64,000 bases of DNA from Pristiophorus japonicus (lineage: Eukaryota), in assembly GCF_044704955.1 (NCBI RefSeq), contig NC_091984.1, positions 136,524,001-136,588,000 of the forward strand. Reading direction: 5' to 3'. Below are positions 51,706-63,625 of this stretch, in pieces (within the stretch, counting starts at the first letter, position 1; each line of letters starts with the position of its first letter). The notes under the pieces are model-generated. The model did no database searches and was not told the DNA's origin. It saw only the letters and a list, made by a program, of their open reading frames with translations. The position numbers and the translations under genes were made by a program.

Positions 51706-52364
51706 ATGGGACAATTTTGGATTTAGCTTGGAGGCGACGTAGGTCGAACAGGTTCCCATTGGTTCTATAGTTTAGTTCTGGTTGAGCGCGAGATGGAGCA
51801 TTGTCGCAAAGAAGTTTGAGAAGAGCGTTGGTGCGACGATGCAGCCCTGCTTTACCCCTTCCGGACATGGATTGGGTCTGTGGTAGATCCGTTGGTCGGG
51901 ATCACGGTTTGCATTTTGTCGTGGAGCAGGCGGAGGATGGTGACAAACTTTTGGGGGCAGCTGAAACTGAGGAGGACACTCCATAGTCCCTCACGGTTGA
52001 CAATGTCAAAGGCCTTTGTGAGGTACAAGGGTTGGTGCTGTTCCCTGCATTTCTCTTGTAGTTTTCACGCGGTGAAGATCGTGTCCATTTTACCTCTTAC
52101 TGGACGGAATCTGCACTGTGACTCCAGGAGGAGCTCTTTATCAACATGGAGAAGACGGTGAGGAGGATTCTTGCGATGACTTTCCCAGTGGCTGATAGGG
52201 AGATTCTTCTGAGGTTGCCACAGTCAGACTTTTCCCCTTTGTTGAAGATGGTCACAATTACGGCATCTCTGAGATCAGATAAGAGATGAGGTCATGCATT
52301 CGTGGCATTAGTGCTTCTCCGCTATACTTTAGTGCCTCAGTGGTGATTCCATCTGCTCCTGATG

Positions 52365-53865
52365 ATATGCTGGCCTTCATAGCGAGAGGATTTGAGTATA
52401 GGAGCAGGGAGGTCTTACTGCTGTTGTACAGAGCCTTGGTGAGGCCACACCTTGAGTATTGTGTGCAGTTTTGGTCTCCTAATCTGAGGAAGAACGTGCT
52501 TGCTATTGAGGGAGTGCAACGAAGGTTCACCAGACTAATTCCCGGGATGGCAGGACTGACATATGAAAGACTGGATCGGCGAGGCTTATACTCACTGGAA
52601 TTTAGAAGAATGAGAGGGGATCTCAAAGAAACATATAAAATTTTGACTGGATTGGACAAGTTAGATGCAGGAAGAATGTTCCCGATGTTGGGGAATTCCA
52701 CAACCAGGGGACACAATCTAAGGATAAGGGGTAAGCCATTTAGGACTGAGATGAGGAGAAACTTTTTCACCCAGAGTTGTGAACCTGTGGAATTTTCTAC
52801 CACAAAGTTGTTGAGGCCAGTTCGTTAGATATATTCAAGAGGGAGTTAGATGTGGCCCTTACGGCTAAAGGGATCAAGGGGTATGGAGAGAAGGCGGGAG
52901 TGGGGTCCTGAAGTTGCATGATCAGCCATGATCATATTGAATGGTGGTGCAGGCTCGAAGGGCCGAATGACCTGCTCCTGCACCTATTTTCTATGTTTCT
53001 ATGGACTCAAGTTTTGAACCCCCACTAGAATGGTGCACATCGGAGAGACCCGCCTAATTTGTAGAACAGAAATTGCGCCGAATGCTTACCTCGAGATTCT
53101 CTGATATCTGAAGGCCCGTTTCCAGCTTGGCGCGGCGCAGCAGGAGCTGCTGGGGGCAGAGCTACAACCCTCCGCCAAAACAGTGCCGGCAGCTGCACGC
53201 GTGCGCAGTAGCTCCTGACCCTCCCAGCGTGTCCCGTCTCCGGGCGACCACCCTATCACTGACCGAAGGGACATCACCCCTATCCCGGGCAAAGTGGCCT
53301 GACAGCTCTTACCTCGACGGCAGCAGGGCCCGCCCGCCCGGCATCTCCTGGGGGCGCTGTTGGAGGGCTCCTGGTGCTGCAGTCGGTGAATAGAAACTTA
53401 ATTTTTTATTTATTGATTTAAAAAAAAATTATTCTTTGCATTTTTTATTTATTTTTTGGTTGATTTATTGATTTATTATTTATTATTGATGATTGCTCTT
53501 TATTTGTAAAAGTGAAGTGTTTAATGCTTGTAAACTTCCTTTCCCCCCCTCCACCATCTCTCGTTCCCAACACCTAATTTATAAAGTGTCGGCAAGGTTT
53601 TTGAGCGTACAAAAATCTACATTTATTCCAATCTAAGTTAGCTTGGAGTAAGTTTTCGTTGCCTAAACTTGCAAAACAGGTGTAAGTGGCTGGGCACGCC
53701 TCCTTTTGGGGAAAAAAATCTGTTTCAAAATGAAACTATTCTAACTCACTAGAACTGGTGCAAACTAAATGCCGAGAATTGCAATTTCTAAGATGCTCCA
53801 TTCTAAACTCGTTGCTCCAAAAAAATAGGAGCAACTCAGGCCGAAACTTGAGCCCATAGGTTTCT
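52365..53865 (+). mobile_element. 5'-truncated CR1 inside the RTE, with its tail split by a MITE
   Basis: MLAFIARGFEYRS...RPHLEYCVQFWSP; tail ctatgtttctat-[MITE]-ataggtttctatg. Confidence 0.93.
53003..53855 (+). mobile_element. Harbinger-like MITE, family 1 variant (short core)
   Basis: TIRs ggactcaagtttt / gaaacttgagccc, close homolog of 45176-46293. The TSD is imperfect (TAT vs ATA). Confidence 0.88.
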
Positions 53866-55249
53866 ATGCCTTGTTGGGCTTGAGCTGACAGATGGTCTTT
53901 TCTACCTCTTGCATGGCTGGGGTTTTGCTGAGATGGTGGCGGGTCGCATGCTGCGGGTTAGAGTCGAGGACACTCATGTCGAAGGCAGAGTTTCGGTTAA
54001 GGAGATCTGCAAAGTGCTCCTTCCAGTGGGCCCTGACTGCCTCGCTGTCCTGAATGAGTGTGCCTCCGTTCTTGGCTAGCATTGGGTTGGGACCTTGGGT
54101 GTTTCCATTATTATGAATGAGAATACTACATCGTGATTGGTGGTCCAGGCATACGCTCCTGGAATATGTGGGCCTCTGCGCAGTTCATTCCTGCGGGACC
54201 GCCAGGTATATTCCTTTATTTAAAAAAAACCATTTTGGTTGGAGGAAGCCTCCGACCGCAATTTTTGGCCCATTGTGTGGAATTACTGACACAATCATGC
54301 GCAGCTCCGTTTCAGTGCTCCAATACAAGCTCGATTTGTCTTTGAGCCTTTTTCCCTCACTCTGTTTATGATCGGTATGGTGTCCTTGGTAATCTGTGGT
54401 ACTTCACCCACCCAAGTGGCCATCCTTTGTTTGTAAAGCCTGAACAGTTGAATGCTGGCTGGTTATGTGGCAAAGCTTGATCCTGTCCTGACTTGATGCA
54501 TCATCTCCACATACCACCCCCCACACACACCATTTAAGGATACCTCTGAACCTTTTTCTCTTTATCCTCTTTTTCAATTTTAGGAGTTTAGGAGGCTCTG
54601 TGCCAAGCATTTTGTTACTAGCTTTTTTTTGGTGCACCCATGATATTTGGACAATTGGTTTCCCAATGGGAATCCCACTAGTGTTTTTCTTTTGAGTTAG
54701 AGGAGCAGTTGAGCGATACCTGGCAGGATGGGCTGCAGCAGAGAAGGACTGCACCCACCTGCCAATAACCTCTCCTGCATTTACATGCAATGCACAACTG
54801 TCTGGCTCAATAGGCTGTGTCGTCTGCTGCAAGGACACCTGCAACTAAAATGCACAACAGAGCTGGCACTACCAGTCAGCTGCACCTTCACTTTCCCCTC
54901 CTGCCTGCATCTGGGCATATCCTAATACTGTCCTATGGTGAGGGTGCTCTTCAGTTTTAAAAAAAAAACAGCCATCTTTCTTGAAACCACCTTATTCAGT
55001 ATCACCTCCACTTTTCCAACCATTAACACAGGATTCAAGCTTGCACCATTTCATCGCTTGAGCTCAGTTTCCTGTCATCACACTGATCGTGCCAGTATTT
55101 GGGGCTTGCCAGCTATTTTTGTTAACTGAACAGCAGGATTCCCCTAGGGGAAAGCCCACTGTCCCAATACAGTACTGTGGACGCATCAAAAAATGCAAGT
55201 GCCAGAACACTTGGCACAATGCCTCCTGACCAACTCCTTGGAAACAGAA

Positions 55250-55435
55250 GAAAGACTTGCATTTATATGGCTCCTTTCAGGACATCCCAAAGCCCTTTAC
55301 ATCCAGTGAAGAACATTTGAAGTGTAGTCAGTGTTGTAATTTTGGAAATGCAGCAGCCAATTTGCACACAGCAAGATTCCACAAATGGTGATAAAATAAA
55401 TGACCAGATAATCTGTTTATTTTGGTTGAAAGGCT
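55250..55435 (-). mobile_element. Deu-type SINE 3' part
   Basis: gacttgcatttatat...tgaagtgtagtca...gcagccaatttgcacacagcaaga is the reverse of the 3' half of the 44714 element. Confidence 0.75.
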
Positions 55436-55486
55436 GCCGTCTCATGTAGTGGACGTTGATTCGCTGAATTCCTTCAAGTGTTTCTG

Positions 55487-55712
55487 AGCCAGATGATCTG
55501 AACTAGTTTTGGTTGCCCAGATGGGTCGGAGGGGAATTTCCCAGGGTCTGTGTCTTTTCTCGTTTTTTTCCCTCCTCTCGCAGGAGATCACATGGTTTCA
55601 GATGGGTTGGAGAGTATATTTTGTATATTTTGTACACAAGGCATTGCAATTGTGTGGGAAAGGCTAGATGAACCAGATGGTCTTTAACTGTCAGCCATTC
55701 TTCATATGTTCG
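55487..55712 (+). mobile_element. Probable old CR1-type 3' UTR
   Basis: gggtcggaggggaatttcccagg...aggctagatgaaccagatggtcttt...atatgttc resembles ancient CR1 3' ends. Confidence 0.45.
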
Positions 55713-57712
55713 CATAAATATTGGCCAGAACATAGAACTCCCTTGCTCTTTCAACTCATGCACACTTGTGCGCAGGACTGGCAGTGGACAAGCTCGTTGA
55801 AGGCAAATTTACTAGCTTCTCCCATGCTGATCTCTATTAATGAAAATTTAGTTTGATGTCAAACAGTTCTGCACACTGAGTGCTGAACATAAGGAATAAA
55901 CTTCCAGGTAGAGGAATGCAGGAAAAAAAACCTGGAGTTAATGAAGAAACTATTAGATGCTTTGATCGGTGGGGTAAGTGTCTGTGCTCTTTCTGAATGG
56001 ATGAACTAAAGTGAGCTGCATGACATTCCTCTTCGGCATTTATGTTCCAACTAAAATTTGCTGATCTTGTGATCACACTTGTTGTCTTCAATGAAATGCC
56101 TTAATAGTGTGCTAAGATAGGCAGCTTTTGTTGCCTAACACTTACTACACAAGTTAGTCATCAAATCGCTTGTAATTGAGGAAGTTACAGTGAGTTGCAC
56201 TTCTTGTACAGTGAATTACACAAGTATTATGCTGTCCCACAGAGTTTCTGGCACCCAGCACCAGTCACCACGTTCATAAGTGCAAGTGCGTTGAGACAAG
56301 GGACAGGATGACCCTAGAAAAGCACAACATTTAACTCTATGGAGGGTCGTTTGCAGGGATGTATTGTGCCAAATTAAACTGATGCTGTTGGATCCATAAA
56401 CTACCATAATAATAATATTTTAAATGTGGTAGTTGGGCCAAAATATCAGTCTGCAGATTCCCTATGAGCTAAAATGTATTTTTAGAACTTCAATTCTTGG
56501 CTTTTATCACATGTTCTCCATTCCCTTGGTGATGAATTATGACTTGGCATGGTTTAGTTTCAAAAATACTTGTCATTTGTTAATGAATTGGAAACAAAAG
56601 TACAAGAAGTAGGATCAGAATAAAAATGCAATTGTGGTATTTGGTATTTCAACTAATCGTGATTGAAAGATGTTACAGGATGTGGACACTGAGAGGGAGT
56701 GTTCAAAAAAAAATATGATAACCAGCTTTAGTTCAGGGTAGGATCAGTAGCTGTTATTTCAATAAGAAAATGTTACTTGTTTTCTGCACACACTGTAGAC
56801 TATTGTCCAGCTTAAGAAATGGATGGGTTGGTTTTAATTTGTGTAACAGGATTTGTAGAGGGTGGACCAGTTATGAACTTTGCTTGATCCTTTTTTTTAG
56901 AAATATCTTATCTCTGTTTAGCATCTTCTCTTGGGCATGACCGAGATCAAGAATTTGCTTAAGCTTGAAACCCAGTTTTAATAAATCATTTCGGTACTAG
57001 AATACAAATTTTCCTTGGTACTGTTAACTCATTTTGGGGGCGATGTTTTCAGCTGATGAACGTATGAAAGGTAAAAATGCATATAACTATGCTCCAAGTG
57101 GCCTGCCAGCAGTGTGTCTGAAGGTGAAGACTTGGACTTGTAAAGAGCTGTCAACCTCTTCCTGAATTGTATGGCTATTTCATAAAGATCATGGGGCGAA
57201 TTTCATGGAAAATTTGCTTGATTTCTGCCATTGTTCATGTGCGATTCCGAGTTCGAGTCTGTCTGAAGCTTTACGTAATCCTCACGTATCTGAAGAAGCT
57301 CTTCTAGCACCTCTTAGTTCTGGACAGTATACAACAGAAAGCTTGTTGTTTGATTGGTGATACTTCTCTCCCCTCCTATCCTCTCGCTGCATTTTTTACT
57401 GTTGAAAAATCTGTGCTTGTGGCTGAATCCTGATATATGGGTCTCGTGCAGGTGGTTGAAACCGGTATTTCAAGTAAGTGGCTTTAGTGAATCCTGGAAA
57501 GTTTGTCAGGCTCTGCAAGACCCACTTATACAATATAAAAGCAGCTTCTTTCTCTTTAGTGTGGTTAATCTTGACTACTTCTGTTTTTACTGATATTGCT
57601 ATGACTGTTCTTTTTCTGAACTTTAAGTAGCTAGCCGAGACTGTCTCCTTCTCTCTGCATCCTCATTGTTTTGTTCTTGGTTATTCTTCCCCAGGATCTC
57701 AAAACTGTGCCA

Positions 57713-58248
57713 AAGAAATAGGAGCAGCAGTAAGCCATTTGGCCCCTCGAGCCTGCTCCACCATTCAATAAGATCATAGCTGATCTGATATTGGCCTCAA
57801 CTCCACGTCCCCGCCCGCTCTCCATAACCCTTGACTCCCTTATCTTTCAAAAGTTTGTTTATCTCCACCTTAAATACATTTCAAGGACCCAGCCTTCACA
57901 GTTCTCTGAGGTAGAGAATTCCAAAGATTCACGGCCCTCTGAGAGAAGAAATTCCTCCTCATTTCCGTTTTAAATGGGCGACCCCTTATTCTGAAACTAT
58001 GCCCCCAGTTCTAGATTCCCCCATGAGGGGAAACATCCTCTCTGCATCTATCCTGTCGAGCTCCCTCAGTATCTTGTATGTTTCAATAAGATCACCTCTC
58101 ATTTTTCTAAACTCCAATGAGTATAGGCTCAACCTATCTTCATAAGATAACCCCTTCATCTCGGGAATCAAACTCGTGAACCTTCTCTGAACAGCCTCCA
58201 ATGCAAGTATGTCCTTCCTTAAATAAGGAGACCTAAACTGTACACACA
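57713..58248 (-). mobile_element. 5'-truncated CR1
   Basis: CVQFRSPYLRKDILALEAVQRRFT...MFPLMGESRT; same type as the copy at 1216. Confidence 0.93.
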
Positions 58249-58460
58249 ACTTTATTCTTGAGAATTATTAGCCCAATATCAATATTGAGGAAAATAGCTG
58301 GAGTCTATTATTTAAAAAGCAATTAAAGTGTCCAATGGCAGTGAAGGCAATTCTGCCAAGTCAGTGGGTTTCTGCACTTGTGACGCCAAGAAAATGTATT
58401 GGAATTTTTTGAGGATTTGTTTAATGTTGATATTGCACCGCCTGACCTTCACAAAGCATT

Positions 58461-58608
58461 TAAGAACATAACAAGAAATAGAAGCAGGAGTCGGCCATAC
58501 GGCCCCTCGAGCCCGCTCTGCCATTTTGCATGATCATGGCTGATCTGATCATGGACTAGGTCCGCTCCCCATAACCCCTTATTCCCTTATCGGTTAAGAA
58601 ACTGTCTC
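58461..58608 (-). mobile_element. CR1 3'-end fragment
   Basis: taagaacataacaagaaatagaagcaggagtcggccatacggcccctcgagc. Confidence 0.88.
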
Positions 58609-59434
58609 TTCTTTTCAGTCTTGATGGTGTTCTGTGGTATTAGACTTGAATTTCCACCTACTTTTCTCCGTTCCACTGTCGAAAAAAAACAAGCATGACA
58701 GAAAGAATAATATTTGACACAGCCGGACCCAAACCGGTTCATGACTCATTCTTTTCATTACACAACTCTATTTTCCATCTATTTAATGACAGACACTGGT
58801 TTTTATTCTGATAACAATCACTCTCGGTTGCCTAACTAAGCTCATCTTAGTTGCTGTAACATTAGTTTTGTGATCAGATAAGTTTCTGTAGCTGACTTCT
58901 TTTCCCTGCTTGCCGCTAGTTCCTCTCGCCCACTGATGTTAATTTGACCACTTAAAAATTGTAATGGAGGCACATTTTACTCCAGACCTCTTGTGACACA
59001 ATTTATCCATAAGTTATAGCAAAGGAAACAATATCCCTCCAAGCCTCAAGTTGATCAGTACAAGACGCTATGGCAGCAAGGAAGAAATAGTTGAGAAACA
59101 CACATTTTTATTCGCTAACTAGTTTTAGTGACAGTGTGGGTATAAAAGGGGTATTCCTCTCTTTGTAGGTGCATCTAATTTTCTGGTAAAATTAGGGAAC
59201 TGGACATACATACTTCAAGGAAATTGAATAGTGGGAACAGTGACCAACGAAATGAATGCTTTCCCCTAATAGGCATTCAAATTTTCTTTTTAAAATACAG
59301 GTAAATCGGGGAAAGTTTTTAAAAATAGTACCTGATTCAGATTTCTAATTTCGGGGGACCAGAAAGAGAGATGAGTTGAAATCTGAAGGCAGATTCTAGT
59401 GCCGTTTGTTGCTTTACTCAAACTTGGAGTGCTT

Positions 59435-62253
59435 TGTGTTGGGGAAATTGATGGGATTGTCGGCCGATAAATCCCCAGTGGCTGATAGACTGCATCCCAG
59501 AGTACTTAAGAAAGTGGCCCTAGAAATAGTGGATGCATTGGTCATCATTTTCCAACATTCTATTGACTCTGGATCAGTTCCTATGGACTGGAGGGTAGCT
59601 AATGTAACACCACTTTTTAAAAAAAGGAGTGAGAGAGAAAACAGGGAATTATAGACCGGTTAGCCTGACATCAGTAGTGGGGAAAATGTTGGAATTAATT
59701 ATTAAAGATGAAAGAGCAGTGCATTTGGAAAGCAGTGACAGGATCGGTCCAAGTCAGCATGGATTTATGAAAGGGAAATCATGCTTGACAAATCTTGTGG
59801 AATATTTTGCGGATGTAACTCGTAGAGCGGACAAGGGAGGATCAGTGGATGTGGTGTATTTGGACTTTCAAAAGGCTTTTGACAAGGATCCACACGAGAT
59901 TAGTGTGCAAAATTAAAGCACATGGTATTGGGGGTAATGTATTGACGTGGCTAGAAAACTGGTTGGCAGACAGGAAGCAGAGAGTTGGAATAAATGGATC
60001 TTTTTCAGAATGGCAGGCAGTGACCAGTGGGGTGCCGCAGGGTTCAGTGCTGGGACCCCAGCTATTTACAATATACATCAATGATTTAGATGAAGGAATT
60101 GAATGTAGTATCTCCAAGTTTGCAGATGACACTAAGCTGGGTGGCAGCGTGAGCTGCAAGGAGGCCGCCAAGAGGCGCAGGGTGACTTGGACAGGTTAGG
60201 TGAGTGGGCAAATGCATGGCGGATGCAGTATAATGTGGATAAATGTGAGGTTATCCACTTTGGTGGCAAAAAACAAGACAGTAGAATATTATCTGAATGG
60301 TGACAGATTAGGAAAAGGGGAGGTGCAACGAGACCTGGGTGTCATGGTACATCAGTCATTGAAGGTTGGCATGCAGGTACAGCAGGCGGTGAAGAAGGCA
60401 AGTGGCATGTTGGCCTTCATAGCTAGAGGATTTGAGTATAGGAGCAGGGAGGTTTTACTGCAGTTGTACAGAGCCTTGGTGAGGCCGCACCTGGAATATT
60501 GTGTTCCGTTTTGGTCTCATAATCTGAGGAAGGACATTCTTGTTATTGAGGGAGTGAAGCAAAGGTTCACCAGACTGATTCCTGGGATGGCAGGACTGAC
60601 ATATGAGGAGGGACTGGATCAACTGGGCTTGTATCTACTGGAATTTAGATGAATGAGAGGGGATCTCAAAAACGTATACAATTCTAACGAGATTGGACAG
60701 GTTAGAGGCAGGAAGAATGTTCCCGTTGTTGGGGAGTTCCAGAACCATCTAAGGATAAGGGGTAAGACATTTAGGACGAAGATGAGAAGAAACTTCTTCA
60801 CTCGGAGTGGTTAACCTATGGAATTCTCAACCGCAGAAAGTTGTTGAAGCCAGTTCGTTAGATATATTCAAAAGGGAGTTAGATATGGCCCATACGGCCA
60901 AAGGGATCAAGGGGTATGGAGAAAAAGCAGGAAAGGGATGCTGAGCTTGGATGATCAGCCATGATCTTATTGAATGGCGATGCAGGCTCGAAGGGCCGAA
61001 TGGCCTGCTCTTGCACCTAATTTCTATGTTTCAATGGGCCCAAGTTTCCACAAGAAAAAAAACGGGCGCCCCTCCGAGCTGGGCGCCCGTTTTTCGCGCC
61101 TAAAATGGCGCCTAAAAAAATCCTTGGTATTCTCCACTGACTTTCAGGTGCTGTGGCACTCGGCGCAGCCGGCACGAGCTGTGGGGGGGGGGGGGGGGGC
61201 GGAGCCAGAGCCCTGCGCTGAAAACAGTGCCGGGACCTCTGCACATGCGCGCTACAGTCGGCACACAAGTGCAGTAGCTCCAGGCGCCGAACTGTGTGGG
61301 AGGGGCCCGAAGCACGCAGCCCCTAGCCCTGGCCCAATGGCCTCACTGGGGCTGCGTGAATGAGGCTCCTCCCACGGCCAGCTCCTGATCCCCGCCCGTC
61401 CAGACCCGACACTCGCCCCCTCCCCCCCGCCCCAGACCCGACACCCGCTCCCCCCCCTCTCCCGACCCGACACCCGCTCCCCCCCCCCCCCCCGACACCC
61501 GAGACCCGCTCCCCCCCCCCCCCCGAGACCAGAGACCCGCTCTCCCCCCCCCCCCCCGACCCGACCCGACCCGACCCGAGACCCGCTCCCCCCCCGAGGC
61601 CCACTTCCCCCCCCCGACCCGACACCCGCTCCCCCGACCCAACACCCGCTCCTGTTCCCCGACCCCCCCTATCTTCCCCTCCCCCCTCCCCCTCCCCTCC
61701 CCCCCCCTCTCCCCTTCTCTCTCTCTCTCTCTCCCTCCCTCCCTCCCTCCCTCTCTCGCTCAGCGGCAGAATTCTCCCTGGCTGAAGCACTTTCACACAG
61801 GTAGGAAGATGGTTTATTTAATCTTTTCTTGGCTTATAAATGTTTATTCAGGTTGGATTTATTTGTAGAAGTATAAATAAGGATTTATTGTCGAATTTAA
61901 TGAGTTCCCCTCCCCCCCCACCTCGTTCTGGACGCCTAATTTGTAACCTGCGCCTGATTTTTTAATGTGTAGAACAGGTTTTTTCAGTTCTACAAAAATC
62001 TTCACTGGCGCCATTCTACTTTAGTTTGGAGTACATTTTCACTGTAGAAACTTTCAAATCAGGCGTCAGTGGCCGGACACGCCCCCTTTTGAAGAAAAAA
62101 TTCTGTTCTAAACTAGAACTGTTCTACCTGACTAGAACTGCAGAAAAAAAAAATGTGGAGAATTGCGATTTCTAAAATAGTCCGTTCTCCACCAGTTGCT
62201 CCTAAAAATCAGGCGCGAATCATGTGGAAACTTGGGCCCTATGTTTCTATGTT
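59435..62253 (+). mobile_element. 5'-truncated CR1 (59435-61035) whose tail resumes at 62240 after a MITE
   Basis: Frameshifted RT with [19 protein letters not shown] and FADDTKL. The tail reads tttctatgtttcaat-[MITE]-tatgtttctatgttt. Confidence 0.95.
61036..62239 (+). mobile_element. Harbinger-like MITE, family 1
   Basis: Perfect 17-bp TIR gggcccaagtttccaca, flanks AAT/TAT. The arms are nearly identical to 21333-22888. Confidence 0.95.
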
Positions 62254-62919
62254 TGGTGCTGTCACAGGATGAACCGTCTTCACTGAGTGCACATGTAGTT
62301 TAAATGAGGTTTTATGTAAAGCTTGTGCATTATGTTCTGCTGTGTATGTTGGCTCAATGTACATTATGGTGTCTTACATTTCCATCAGATAAGTCTCTTA
62401 TTTGGCTTTGGGAAGGTTTGTGGCCGCCACTTATTTCCTATGCACCTGAAAACCTAGGTAGTGTTAGTGTTTTGTCGTGTGCCTTGAGGCTAAGGTGACA
62501 CAGACAAGAGGCTACAGTGACATCGACAAATAATAGTGTGCCATGGTCAACTGAAACTCTTAAATTACATGGAAAGCATTAATTACATAACTTGCGCAAG
62601 ACTGTGAAACTGCATTCAGCTGCAAAATTTATATTCAGAGTCGAGTTTGAGAGAAGAATTGTAGCTCGAGTGTTGACTTGTGCAGAGGAAAATAGGTGCT
62701 ACCTGATTTTGGATTCTGGGGTATTTTTGCATGCAGATGCTTCAATTTATTAAAATAAGTTTTGGTAACTAAATGTTTTAATATCAAAATATTTTAACAT
62801 CAAAGTTGCACTTTAGCAAAATCGACCTTGCAGCACAAACAACATTTCTTAGAAATTACATCTTCGTCCAAGCTATTTGTTTTACACTCCAGCAAAATAT
62901 TTCCAGCTCTTTCTAAAAT

Positions 62920-63625
62920 TTCTTTGGGTGTTGGGTGTGATGGAAGAGTGAACCAGAAAGATGCGAAGGGAACGGTCCCTTTTGGAATACTGAAAGGGGA
63001 GGGGCTGAGGTGTTTGGTGGTGACATCACGCTGGAGGTGGCAGAAATGATGGAGGATGATCCGTTGAATGTGGAGGTTGGTGAGTTTGAAGGGGAGGATA
63101 AGGGAAATCCTATTGTGGTTCTGGGAGGGAGGGGAAGAGGTAAGAGCACAAGTGTGGGAAATGGGACGGATTCAGTCGAGGACAGTGGAGCAGAATCCTC
63201 AGTTGAGGAAAAAGGAAGACTTGTGTGGAAGGTGGCACTGTCAGATCAGATGAGACGGAGGAACTGGGAGAATGGAATTGCAAGAAGTGAGGTGGGAGGA
63301 AGTGTAATCAAGGTAGTTGGGGGAGGGGAGAGGAGAGGAGAGGAGAGGAGGAGGGTGGGGTTGGGGGGGACTGGCGGGGGAGGGAAGAGAGAGAGAGAGG
63401 AAAGACTCCAGGCGAAAGAAGTGAGAACGGAGGCGAAGGTCAAGGAGCAAGAGTTACACATTGTGCTGAGCTCGAAATTCATTGATGTGGCTGGGTAAGG
63501 GGATGAAGCTGAGACCATTGCTGAGGATTGATCGTTCAGGGTTAGAGAGGGGTAGGTTTGTGGGGATAATAAAAACATGGCAATGGGTGAGATTGGAGGA
63601 AGGGATGAGGTAAAAATTGTAATGT
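62920..63625 (-). mobile_element. Penelope-like element remnant lacking the RT core
   Basis: N-terminal-type CHVFIIPTNLPLSNPERSILSNGLSFIPLPSHINEFRAQH is joined through a low-complexity tract to RT-thumb/linker-type YLDYTSSH...IPFSQFLRL...HIQRIIL. Confidence 0.75.

Larger units (their letters stand above)
50483..54104 (-). mobile_element. RTE LINE (pieces 50483-51498, 51706-52364, ~53866-54104) flanked by an 84-bp duplication
   Basis: It has an (ATG)n tail and motifs QLRWAGH, GVKQGCIVAPTLF and HWKEHFADLLNR. KA-SGADGI is restored across the CR1 insert. Confidence 0.93.
49916..54271 (-). mobile_element. Harbinger-like MITE, family 2, interrupted by a nested RTE/CR1/MITE stack
   Basis: Ends are tgccctgaaattacgg / ccgcaatttttggccc, with ATT on both sides. 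It is homologous to 14495-15195 in reverse. Confidence 0.8.

Noticed and set aside
57053-57080. CTGATGA-ACGTAT-GAAA minimal hammerhead candidate
   Set aside because: Only a 1-bp stem II, no convincing stems I and III, and no Penelope context.
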